Positions 35,379-47,338 of a DNA stretch of 64,000 nucleotides are shown piece after piece; positions within the stretch are counted from its first letter, which is position 1, and every line of letters begins with the position of its first letter. Under the pieces are notes generated by a model, which saw only the letters and a list, made by a program, of their open reading frames with translations, made no database searches and was not told the origin of the DNA. The DNA is from Diadema antillarum (Eukaryota): contig NW_027271267.1 of assembly GCF_040938485.1 (NCBI RefSeq), positions 434,001 through 498,000 of the forward strand, read 5' to 3'. Both the position numbers and the translations under genes were made by a program.

Positions 35379-38300
35379 ATGATCCGGAAAGTGAAACCAA
35401 GACGGTCGCTCCCAGCTTCAAAAAATAGATCTAGATTGGCTGTTCATGCTAAACCAAGGACAAGGTTGAACTCATCTCAGCAGGACTCTAAGGAGGGCAA
35501 TCTTGGTCAAAAGAGAGCCCATTCACCGGAAGAGGACAAGAAAGAACTGCATCGTATCCATGAACGGTAATATAGTCCCCGTACACACATGACATGTGTC
35601 ACCTCTCCACTCTCGTGGACGAAAATGGAAAACTGTGTTGAAGTGAAACTGGGTGCCTTCGTCACTCAGGGCTCAAAAATTTAATCATTCAATTGTCTGT
35701 CTACTGCTCGTGCAGTGGTCTATCCGTTGCATTAACAGGTAGATCGTATTGAGACTTGACATCTCGAGACGGTAGGACTAGAATCTAGAGTAGGACTCGT
35801 ACTAGGCAATAGGGCCTAAGAAGAGTTGTGTACCAAGGCCACGGCAAGGCATAGCATCTACATTACAGTAGGAAGGGTCCTACTCCTACACCTACTAGGC
35901 TAGACTAGCGTACGTGTACGTACTACTACTATTACAACTTGGTAGTCTAACGTTACTCCAACAATCCAGTAATCACACTCGATACTAACACTTGACACTA
36001 GTCCCTTGACTTATCAAAATGAAATTTAACTATTTAAGGGCAAATAATAGTATTAAGCAGCTCCTTGCGACCTTGGTCATTTCAAAATTTAAAAGACCCC
36101 TAACATTAATGTTAACAATTTGTTAGACCTAACCGTTACCTCTGAGTCTAAAATCACTTTGAAAGTTTGGGATCTAACTTTGGTTTTCAAAAAAAGAAAG
36201 AAAAGAGAGAAAGAAAAAATGAACTCGACAAGTCCAATCAATGTACAAAATGAGGGCAGACCCATGCAGGCTCGGACCCCAGCCAGGGCAGGGGTGCATA
36301 GGACTAGGCAATACCCTCGCACTTAAGACATACAGTCTAATTAGAAGTAGAACGTCTAGTTAACGTTAGGGGTCTACATAACCCCGGCGCGGGGTGCTGT
36401 AACTAGTAACACGGTACGTGTTGGGATCGCTGGTGCGGTTAGATTTGGTTATTCATACAAAGAAGGGGGGAAAAAAAAGGAAAAAGAAAACCAAACCAAA
36501 ATGCAAATAATAGTCATATGTGACATTTGAGTGTTAGTTCATGCTAAACCAAGGACAAGGTTGAACTCATCTCAGCAGGACTCTAAGGAGGGCAATCTTG
36601 GTCAAAAGAGAGCCCATTCACCGGAAGAGGACAAGAAAGAACTGCATCGTATCCATGAACGGTAATATAGTCCCCGTACACACATGACATGTGTCACCTC
36701 TCCACTCTCGTGGACGAAAATGGAAAACTGTGTTGAAGTGAAACTGGGTGCCTTCGTCACTCAGGGCTCAAAAATTTAATCATTCAATTGTCTGTCTACT
36801 GCTCGTGCAGTGGTCTATCCGTTGCATTAACAGGTAGATCGTATTGAGACTTGACATCTCGAGACGGTAGGACTAGAATCTAGAGTAGGACTCGTACTAG
36901 GCAATAGGGCCTAAGAAGAGTTGTGTACCAAGGCCACTGCAAGGCATAGCATCTACATTACAGTAGGAAGGGTCCTACTCCTACACCTACTAGGCTAGAC
37001 TAGCGTACGTGTACGTACTACTACTATTACAACTTGGTAGTCTAACGTTACTCCAACAATCCAGTAATCACACTCGATACTAACACTTGACACTAGTCCC
37101 TTGACTTATCAAAATGAAATTTAACTATTTAAGGGCAAATAATAGTATTAAGCAGCTCCTTGCGACCTTGGTCATTTCAAAATTTAAAAGACCCCTAACA
37201 TTAATGTTAACAATTTGTTAGACCTAGCCGTTACCTCTGAGTCTAAAATCACTTTGAAAGTTTGGGATCTAACTTTGGTTTTCAAAAAAAGAAAGAAAAG
37301 AGAGAAAGAAAAAATGAACTCGACAAGTCCAATCAATGTACAAAATGAGGGCAGACCCATGCTCGGACCCCAGCCAGGGCAGGGGTGCATAGGACTAGGC
37401 AATACCCTCGCACTTAAGACATACAGTCTAATTAGAAGTAGAACGTCTAGTTAACGTTAGGGGTCTACATAACCCCGGCGCGGGGTGCTGTAACTAGTAA
37501 CACGGTACGTGTTGGGATCGCTGGTGCGGTTAGATTTGGTTATTCATACAAAGAAGGGGGGAAAAAAAAGGAAAAAGAAAACCAAACCAAAATGCAAATA
37601 ATAGTCGTATGTGACAGTTGAGTGTTAGTTACTGTCCCATGTTAATCAATTACAATCATTGTAATTTGTACAGTGGACTCCTGCTATTAACAAAGACCTT
37701 GTAACCAGCAGTTTTCTTTTGATATATTGAATTTCTTTATAACCGAACAAGTAAACAATAAAAAAGATTGAGCCAATAATGTTGTGGTCTGAATATTTTC
37801 TTTGTTGTAATCAGAATTTCGTTATGACAGGATTGCACTGTCTGTACCTTACACGATGGCAGACTTATCTGTATAGTGATGTAGTAGTATCTAATTGTAT
37901 TAGAAGACGTGAGTCCCATCAGAGTTGTGGCAACCTCTAGTAGGAGAGATGGACACCTTATTGACAAAGTTTTCAACCATGTCTATTGCCTTCATATATG
38001 TCAATGCCTTTAGTGTCTTCACCTTTCAGACAGAGACACCACAGCCTAAATGTAGCCATAAGGAAAATCATCTCCACAATGCCTTCTTGTGAACCCAATG
38101 AACCAGAAACCAAGGTAAATGCAAATTGACATGCATTTCCATTAATCTTTAACTTTACCAGAATTTGAATGCCTAGATAGGTTCTAGATAAATAGAGGGA
38201 AATTACATTTACTTGTAACAAGATTGTTTGATAACCTGATTATAAGAATTCCTTCTGGTCACCTTTTACCATTTAAATTCTAATATTATACTTAATGAAG

Positions 38301-41300
38301 AGCTTTGGTGCATGTTGTTTTTTTTTAATCTGTGTGGATGTGTTAGTATGTAATTTTGCATTCTTTTAACAAGAAGATGCATCCATTCAGTTGATGTATT
38401 TGTTACATCTACTTATTCAAAATGTACATTTTCTGCTGTCATAAAATCATTTTTATTGTTCAGTCATGTCTACTTTTAGAGCAACAACAACAACAACGTT
38501 GTCAAATACCATCCCCATCATAGACCACTGATATTCTCTCTATCTTCTTCCAGCACTATGTCTTGAGGAAGACAAGTGACTACATCCAGTTTTTGGAAGA
38601 CAAAATTTCAGAGCTGTGTGCTGCCATGCACATTGAGCCCCAGAACAGAGATAGAAATTTGTCGTTCAGTTCTCCCATCTACACCTGCATAGGTGAGTCT
38701 TCTATAAAGCAGCAGATATATATATATATATATTATTATTACCTGAATTACCTACGATGACGCCCAGTAAGTTGAAAACTTGTAGAGGGCCATTCAAAGG
38801 ATTTAATCCTGAGCCTGAGGAGATCCATGTGTTGTACTGTATCCATGGAATTATCAGTTAATGCAATCTGGATGAAATTTGTTATGCTTCTGCTTCCAGT
38901 GATCATTGAGCTTGGACTTGAAGCTATTCACAGATGTTGCCGCGACAGCATCTGCACAAAGGCTATTCCAAGTATTTACTACTCTCTGACTGAAAGACTT
39001 CAACCTTTTACTTGTTCGACACCTTCCTTTATACAACTTCAACTTGTGACCGCGAGTAACATGATCATTGATGACAAAGAGAACAGCTGGATCAAAGTCT
39101 TCCATACTATGCAAAATTTTGAACACTTGAATCATATCTGAATTTTCACGTCGATACTCTAGGGATGGAATCCCCCAAATGCTTGAGTCTCTCAGGATAT
39201 GACAACAATTTAACCTCTGATACCAACTTTGTTGCTCTCCTCTGAACTGATTCAAGCTTCTTTGCATCACTCTTTGAAAGTTCATTCCACACACAAGAGC
39301 AATATTCCAAGAGTGCATCTATTATTATAAGGGCTCGACACTATTTTTTCTGGTGGCCTGTTTGGACCACTAATGACTAAATGTATATAGATTACAAATT
39401 TTGGTGGCCCTAACCACCCCCCCCCCCCCAGAATTGGCCCAAAATAAAAGTATACATAGCAACCCATTTTGAATCTTAGTTTCCCAAATGGGTCACCAAG
39501 AGATAACCTTGTTGGACATTTGCAGTTCATGATGTTAAATAATGTATGATGTTAATAATTTTGGTCACATAAACATTGGATATCACTGTTATATTCAGGT
39601 ATTGAAAGTTCTAATGCCTAGTCAGATTAAAAATTAGTAATTTTGCAAATGTATTAATATCCGTTCAATCTTTCAATGCAGACACTTACAATCTATCATC
39701 AAATGTATCCATTTTACAGATGGAGTGCAAAAGGAAATTGCTGCCAATGTCCCTGTAAGCCTCAATGATTTGGAAGAGCTAATGAGCAATCTCAACTTTC
39801 GAATGACCAAGAGTAGAAGTTTCAGATCCAAGAGGAAATCGTGCAGGAACAAAAGGAGCACAGGTATGAAAAAAACTCAGACCTCTTGTCCCAGTGCAGA
39901 GGACGAAAACAAAATCTTGGATGAAGCGGATCATTTCTACCAGGAGGGGAAGGATTCACAGGAAGAAGTAGCAAAGGGAGAAAAGGGGGACTCACAAGAG
40001 AGTTTCCATGGTGATGCCTCTGGAAGCAGCATGATGTGCTCTGAGAGCCCAACAGACTTGGACTCTTCCGGTGTAAGCAACACGAACACTTCCTCATCTA
40101 GTAGCTGGGGCACGACATCTGTTGATGATGGGTTTGCCAGCGGCGGGAAGGCACAGGAGTCCACACAGGAGGATCGATGCAGCACCCATTCAAGCCAGGA
40201 GAAGGAAGAGACTCTCTCTGATCTTCTTGGGAGAGACATTGCCAGACTAAAAACAAAGTACATTCCCAGCAAAGAACAGGTTGATTCAGTGAACAAGCCT
40301 CACAGCAGTGGTATCACAGAGACCAGGCAGGATTGGGTGGCAGTTCTGGCAGGGGGTGTATCCAGCCTCCAAAAAGCATATCAAGGACATTCGCACAGCC
40401 TGGAATCAAGTTGTGGGGAAATCCCATTTCCTGCTACAAGGGGATGTAAGGCAAAACGCAAACAGCCAGAAAGTGGTGTGTTCTTGCCAATCTTACCATC
40501 ATCAAGCTACCAGTCACTGGAATTGAACCATAAGCTTGGTCTTCCTCATGGAACTCTTATACAGAATGACAAAACTTCTGGTCGTTCTGACAACATCGCA
40601 TCTGTCCAGTCCAGCCACATCGTCAACCCATCTCTCACACATCAGTCAAAGTCAAACCCAAGAACTGGCTTCAAGAAGAGGTCCTTGGCCACTGGTCGAA
40701 GCTGCAAAACTCGTGGTGATGCTGGTTCCAGCATGTCCTACACCAGCATCAATGTAAGCAATCAGGGGTTACGTTTCCAACCAGTCGAGCAAACTGTCGA
40801 CATTCCCCTTGATGTGGGACCAGATCCGCAGCTGTTGTCCTCCATCTATGGGCTTCAGTTCCCCACCAAGCGGACCTGGCTCAACGGCTACCAGCTCTTT
40901 ACAAAAGTCAACCAGAAGAGATTCAGAGAGTGAGTGTGGGAGACAGTCTATATCACTGTACAATCATCTAACATAGCACTGGTATTTTGGTTTGGAATCC
41001 AACTTGAATATTTGTTGGCATCTAGAAGGAGGGGGGATGGGCAAAATGTGTCAAACTTTCAAATTACTCAAAAAAAGATAACATCTATCAGATGGATTAC
41101 AGTGATACATGATTCAGCATAGTTGTTTCTATGACCTTGTGCTGTGTTCGTCAGCACCCATTTCTTAAAAGCAATGTTTTATAGTGAGTATGGGCATAAT
41201 GTGAATCACACAAATTCATGATGTCAGTGGTGCTCTGGAAAAAAAAGAATTGTAGTAAAACAACTCATCATTTCAGATTTTTGATAATCAAGAACATTAA

Positions 41301-42509
41301 AAAAAAAAATAATGGTCTTCTTATTTCAACACCTTATCTTACCTTATCCCTACAGTGGATGGCCTCACCTGAAAGACAAGGAAGTCGCCAAAGTGGTTAG
41401 TCAAGCTTGGCAACAGCTATCAGAACCTTACAGGAAACTCTACAGGTAACCAGCCATTCTTGGGCAATTTCTTTTCTTGTGTTGATTTTTTTTTATAGCT
41501 TTATTCATTACAGGGTTTGGTTGGGGTTTGATATCAATAGGAGAAGCCCAATCTGCCCACGAAATTACTGCCTGTTGTCAAGATGAGAGCCAAAGGGCAC
41601 TATAGTCTGCTTGGCCATACCATGGAATTGTCTAGTAAAGCTATTAAACTTTCTAGCGTCTCTGTCATTATTACATTTTTTTTTTCAAAATTATATTGCA
41701 GAGTAACTTGCAATATGGAATCTCCTGTCGATGCGACAGATGAGTAGGCAGACCAGTCATTTGCAGAGGTGGGTTCTCGTGTGAGAATGAAGTCCAATTC
41801 TTGATGCACATGATCTATGGGTGCTACACAGAAAGGACTCCAAAGAAGTTGAACTGCTTGTCTCCCTCTTTGACCAGATGGCTATTGCTCTGTTGGTTTC
41901 AAATGTCTCAGTGCCTTGGGTACACTGTTGCCTCCATAGAGCTCTGTAAACATACCCTTTACTTCAGCAAACATTAATGAACGGGAGCAGCTTATGAGCT
42001 AAAAGAGATTTGAGTGTTTGGTGATGGCCAATGTTGCTGAATGAGATGGTGTCTAATATTTCTGTCTGTTATTTGTCATTATCAACTGCTTTTTGCATAC
42101 ATATCATTTTTCAGTCACTTGTGCTACATGTTCATAAGCTTCCTTCTGACAGGCACTTTAACCACTTTTAGCAGTTTGAGCTATTAAAGGTTCTGAAATG
42201 TTTCAGCTTTTTATGCTTCAATTCATTTTCTCTGCATTTGAGTGTTAATTGTGATTGTAATCTTGGGCATTATACAAGTAGGCTTTGCGCAGATAACGAT
42301 TGCACATTTAATTCCCCCTGTCAACAATGACTCAACCATCCCTTTAAAGGACATATAATACAGTGGCATGTGATATCCTATGTGGAAATCATTTACTCTA
42401 TGTCCATATTCTGAAATAATGGTGACATTCTTCTCGCTTTCTTGTTCTCAGTCAAGGAGCCCGGGAATGGAACCGCTGGTACAAGCACCAAGTTGAAACT
42501 AAACATTGA
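35379..42509 (+). CDS. MEIOSIN: bHLH and HMG-box domain protein, MEIOSIN/BHMG1-like, 6 exons, 589 aa
   Basis: join(35379-35566, 38030-38114, 38554-38692, 39720-40929, 41356-41445, 42452-42509), 1770 nt, all GT-AG with matching phases. bHLH split over exons 1-3: KKELHRIHERQRHHSLNVAIRKIISTMPSCEPNEPETKHYVLRKTSDYIQFLEDKI. Long Ser/acidic linker in exon 4. HMG box split over exons 4-6: KRTWLNGYQLFTKVNQKRFRDGWPHLKDKEVAKVVSQAWQQLSEPYRKLYSQGAREWNRWYKHQV. This aligns without gaps to the BHMG1 HMG box as recalled (VNGFIMFCRMNRK...LWRVMT..ERRPYCTKARRFSRQHNRIV). The gene model is well supported; orthology is inferred from architecture. Confidence 0.75.
35442..37630 (+). repeat. Head-to-tail tandem duplication (about 1095 + 1091 bp) of the 3' part of exon 1 and proximal intron 1 of the bHLH-HMG gene
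   Basis: Copy 1 is 35442-36536 and copy 2 is 36537-37627, with GTT microhomology at the junctions. The copies differ by only a few substitutions and one 4-bp indel (CATGCAGGCTCGG vs CATGCTCGG). Confidence 0.97.
37669..37842. mobile_element. About 175-bp Tc1/mariner-type MITE, degenerate copy
   Basis: TACAGTGGACTCC left end and TTATGACAGGATTGCACTG right end. Confidence 0.65.
38720..39320 (-). mobile_element. 5'-truncated CR1/L2-clade LINE 3' end
   Basis: ORF 38854-39318 encodes the typical CR1 ORF2 C-terminus (LEYRR..DMIQVFKIL, TRGHKLKLYK, FSQRVVNTWNSL, SVNSFKSKLN). It is followed by a 3' UTR and a short-repeat tail (AGGTAATTCAGGTAATAATAAT). Confidence 0.85.
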
Positions 42510-43429
42510 GTGTGTTGACACTCCCTCCATACTAATAACCCACGTAACCAGAACACCATCGATCCAGCAAGGAGAGAATGGTTCACTGTTATGTTTTTTT
42601 GTTAAATGATAACGAGTAAAACAAGACAGGCAAATGATGTCATTTGGTGATTCTTCACTGTGAAAGGCAACATTTATTACTTTGATTATGCATATAAATT
42701 TTTTTTCTACTTTAATCCTTTCCTCTCTTTTTTTTTTTGAAATGTTTGTGCCAATTTGAAAGCATACAATAATTTTGGTCATTTTTTTTTCCTCCCCATT
42801 GAATCATCTATGTGAAATAGTTTAAAATCAGTTATAAAATACAGTTATGGCTACTGTCTTTTATTTTGTGACATTGCATGTGTTAAAGGGTCTCTTCTGC
42901 TTCATCAACAATGCAAATTGCTCTCTGCTCAATCTGCAACCCCAAAGTTGCTCCCGGTGTCAAATAACTGTTGTTGTCCTCTCCAGTACCAGGTATTAAA
43001 GCTCTCGGACAGTTTTTGCGTTTATATATGCTCGAGTGAAACACGTACATTGTATATGAAATGTCTCGCGCAGAATCTTATAGAAGATGCTCAAGGGACG
43101 ATGCAAAAAGTTTCAAATCACATGGAATAGCGAGTGTCAGTTTTAAGAAGACAAGGTTACCTAATGCATTCTTGAAGGAATACCACATGCAAGAACTCCT
43201 TTGTGAATTACTCTCATTGTACTTTATTGCCATTGCCGTGTTTTGCCTTTGAGACCCTTTCCATGGTTTCAGCCTACTTTTCGTTCAAGTAATGTATCTG
43301 GAATTTTCTCTCATTAAAATTTCTTTCTTAGAAAATTCCCTTATATCACAAGAGGAGAGCTCAAATGTTTTGCAGTTATTTTGAAATGATTATGAATTAT
43401 AATGTTTGGGCTCACCTTGTTAAATGGTG

Positions 43430-43621
43430 TACAGTGTACTCCTCTTATAATGAACATTGTTGTAACGAAATTCCGGTTACAAAAAAAAGTAAAAATGCAC
43501 GCTGAAACATTATTTGCTCTATGTTTTTGTATTGTTTATTTGTTCAGTTATAACAAAATTTCAATATAATGCAAGAAAACTGCTGGTCCCAAGGACTTCG
43601 TTATAATGGGAGTCCACTGTA
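43430..43621. mobile_element. About 190-bp Tc1/mariner-type MITE
   Basis: TACAGTGTACTCCTCTTATAA ... TTATAATGGGAGTCCACTGTA. Confidence 0.8.
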
Positions 43622-45149
43622 TTACTTAGATTATCACAAGTAAAATGTTTATCACTGAATGTAAATATGCAAATTATGTAGAGCACAGATGTACCTGATA
43701 CTACTCATGTTTGTAATGGTGATTGTTAGTAATTTGTGATTGGTTTTGTTAGGTTCATTTGGATTATGGAAAATTGGTTATTGCAGTTTCATTTGGATTA
43801 TGGATGATGATTGTTTTTCGATACTTTATGAAAAATCTAATCTCAGACCACAAAGTTAACATCAGCATTAGATCATGCAATTTTCTGTTGGATTTGTACG
43901 TGAATTTTATCATGGATCTTCAGTAGTGGCTCTGTTCAGATTTTGTTGGTGATGATATAAAACTTCAATTAATGCATCATTCTCTAAGTTACATTTAATT
44001 TTGAATCAAGAAGTTAACATGGGGCTCCCTTGGCACATCTACCATTATGATGCTCTAATTTCAGCTTTCTTACCTTAGCTATATAATGTGCATTTGACAA
44101 ATAATTAAGTTTGTATGCAAACACGATGTGTCATTTACAGATTCTAGAAAATGCTGATCTAACACACAAACAAGTTCCCATGAAGGGACCTCCAAAGACA
44201 TTTTTTGCTAGAAGTCTTTTAGAAAACACGTCATAATTGGCAACAAACTATTTGACACCAATGGAGATGAACACTTATATTGATTTTAACATGTTCAAAG
44301 TGTTGTATATATTTTTCTCAAAAATTTGAGTATTGCGATGAATGTGAATGTCAATTTCATTTGAGGGCTATTTGCATTATGTAGTGAATTTTACCAGACA
44401 AATCAATACAGAATATGGGCTGTTCAAAGGGAAAGTCCATGCTGATATCATGTTGCTTTGTAAAAATCAGTTTAGATTTGGAAAAAAATCAGTTTAAATT
44501 TGGAAACAAAATCAGACACACACAGAAACTTATACACAGTTAAAGTTTATGGAGTAGGACAAATGAGCAACTCTGTGTGACATAAATGTTGAGCAGCTCT
44601 TCATTTGGTTTGCACACAAAGTCACTGAATTTGGTTTTTGGTTTTTTTCTTGTGAAAATTTTTCTTAAGGCCTGTTCTTGGTATGCAATGAGAGCAATGT
44701 TTTTGCATGTTCTCCTCAGCAGGCAATTTCTGTCGGTGCCTATATATATTGGAGAAAAATTAGAAATAATGAAAGTTCGTGTGCAAAACAAGTAAAGAGC
44801 TGCTTAACATCTACGTCACAAAATCTGTCTAAATTTTTAACATCTCATGACTTTTTGCTGTGTGTGATTTTTACCAAAATTTTCACTGATTTATTCATCA
44901 GATTTTGCCGTTTTCATGCAGAGCAACATATCAAGATAGAACTACCCTTTGATGATAACAGATGCCAAAAGTTTTGGGCAAAAGCAAAAATGGATAGAAT
45001 TATGTTGATGCATATATGTATATATTGTTTACGAAGGTGAAGAAGATATTTTCAGTGGGATATTTGTTAAAATCTGAATGTATATTTACACCCCATAGCT
45101 GGTCTTCCTTGATGTCAAAAGCACTTCCATGACATATGCTCCTGTGACA

Positions 45150-45342
45150 ATTGCTTACGTGAAATATGTGCACGCTAAGCCAAACATAAATTCTGCCCAC
45201 AAACATAACATAAACTTAATCTTAATCCTCACATCAAACTAAACCTAAAATGGTATCACAACCCTAACCCTAACCCTAACCCTAAGTCTTTGGAGGAAAA
45301 TAAGACAGGAGCAGCTGTCACAGGAGCAAATGCCATGTCACC
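45150..45342. repeat. Interspersed element with an (AACCCT)n core
   Basis: Four AACCCT units at 45260-45285, followed by CAGGAGCAGCTGTCACAGGAGCAAATG; boundaries approximate. Confidence 0.5.
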
Positions 45343-47145
45343 ATTAAAATCTGATGTCCTCAAAGAGCGTAGAAATGCACCTAGTGGCGATGTTTTAAAG
45401 AACAAATGAATAAACAGTATACCTGTATGTATGTTTTAATGGTATGTACATAGATGTGAATAGCAGTTTGAAACTAAAGCAGCATACATTGAAAAAGTGT
45501 TAATGATTACTGAAAGTCCAATTCCTTTGGATATAGAATTATACATTTCTTCCAGAATGGTTGTGAGATTAAGACTATTTCTTCTGTGGAGGAATGCCTT
45601 GTAAGTGATGTAACCCCATTTCAAGAGCAGTCGCCATGATATTTTTGGTTCAGTGTGGAAAATCATTACAGTACCACATCTTGTTAAAAAGAACATGCAC
45701 CATAATATGGCCACAGCAAGTCTTCATGGACAAGGTGCACTAATTGCTTACTCTTAATACGATCTATCAAAGGCAAGGCAATTTAGTGTAGTTATCCCCA
45801 AAAGAGTTGTTTAATGAAAGAAGGTCAAAGGAGACACAATTTTGAAGCAGTACCTGTACTTGGTAAACTTTGTGTACATAACAAAAATTCAGTGGATGCA
45901 AATAGTTGCTTTTGGCTTGTATTTGTGTTTAAAAAATTACAATATGATATCATGTTGGGATTACAAAAATAAAAATCCCTTTTTTACTGCCTGTAACCAA
46001 ATGCTGTCAATGCAAACAATTTATAATACCATTTCTCACACGGAATGATTCCCTTTATAGATCTTTCCAAGCTTGATTATTCTGGTGTTACATGTGAAAG
46101 CATTCCCGAGAGAAGAATAAACCTGTTGAAATCAACACAAAGTAAGAGACGACTCACATAACTTTTTTTTTCTGTGTGTGTATTTGTACATAGTGCATGG
46201 CATAATTACTCCATGATTTCTGAAGTGTCAACAATAACATTTTAAATGACTGCATGTAGGCATTGAAATGTGCATTGTGCCATTTCCTTTTTACACACAG
46301 ATTTCACAGAAATGTATGAAATATCAAAGTCATACAAAAATATATATATCTGTATTTTCATGTAAGTACATGACTTATCAAATATAATAAGCACTTATTT
46401 AGCACCGTAGTATGGTTGTATAATAGGAGCACACACTTTTCTTATGGTACAAAGTGAACCTTTTCATTGCGCAAATGATGAGCATGTCTTGAATATCTTT
46501 TGATGTTCGTAGCAAACTGAATGATACATGTAATTCAACTGACTGAAATCTATGGTAAAAGAAGAAAAGCAAGAGTAAGCTCATGGAAAAACCCACTGAC
46601 TGCAAGGACAAATACCAGCAAAAAAGTACCAGATACATCCATGCATTAAAATTGATTTGAGTTATCTGAACCTGAACTCCACATCTATGATGAAGTTTAT
46701 TTCTAACAGAGTGTAATCCCTGAAATGCCATGAATGTAATTTACTGGTATTTCATGTCAGCAAAGTGGAGCTTTTAAAGATTTTCACAGTTTATATGAGA
46801 ACATGAAGACATTGAGGCTTTCTATAAAAGAATCTGTACAGAGTTCGACAATGATTATTCAAGTGATAAAAAAAGACAATGACAGCAAAACATGAACAAT
46901 GGCCAAGGCATAAATAACCCGCACATGACTGGATTTCAGCAACTTGCTGGATTGTTTTCCTCTTTCTCATTATTCGGACAAACCCAAAACTGTTTTGGAC
47001 ATTCAATTCATGATTCAATGAGATGTGTTTGATTGCAATATAAAAACAGTTGAATGGGAACACTTTAAAAAAAATCAACAAAAAATGGCAAGACTGTCAT
47101 ACATAATTATTCAAACAGCAGTGAGTTGGCCTGTGAAATACAATG

Positions 47146-47338
47146 TACAGTGCACTCCCATTATAACGAACACAGTTATAACAAAATTCCTTTTACAAGA
47201 AAAAGTAAAAATTTGGGCCACAACATTATCTGCTCTATGTTTTTTTAATTGTTTATTTGTTGGGTTATAACAAAATTTCGATATAATGAAAGAAAACTGC
47301 CGCTCCCAAGGACTTCATTATAACAGGAGTCCACTGTA
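47146..47338. mobile_element. About 190-bp Tc1/mariner-type MITE
   Basis: TACAGTGCACTCCCATTATAA ... TTATAACAGGAGTCCACTGTA. Confidence 0.8.

Noticed and set aside
37815-37870. Apparent bHLH helix-1 exon (FRYDRIALSVPY)
   Set aside because: The phase does not fit exon 1 and it lies within a MITE end; the exon at 38030-38114 fits both phase and motif.
41498-41747. Alternative last exons for the HMG box (acceptors at 41498, 41513, 41540, 41701) or read-through to the stop at 41447-41449
   Set aside because: None gives an HMG helix-3 pattern; 42452-42509 does (YSQGAREWNRWYKHQV).
41600-42782. Minus-strand ORFs 41600-41809 and 42393-42782
   Set aside because: The frame upstream of 41809 has repeated stops, no family is recognisable, and the second ORF is antisense to the real last exon.
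44540-45040. Overlapping ORFs on both strands
   Set aside because: They coincide with an imperfect inverted repeat (44587-44625 vs 44775-44812) and have no motifs or splice support.
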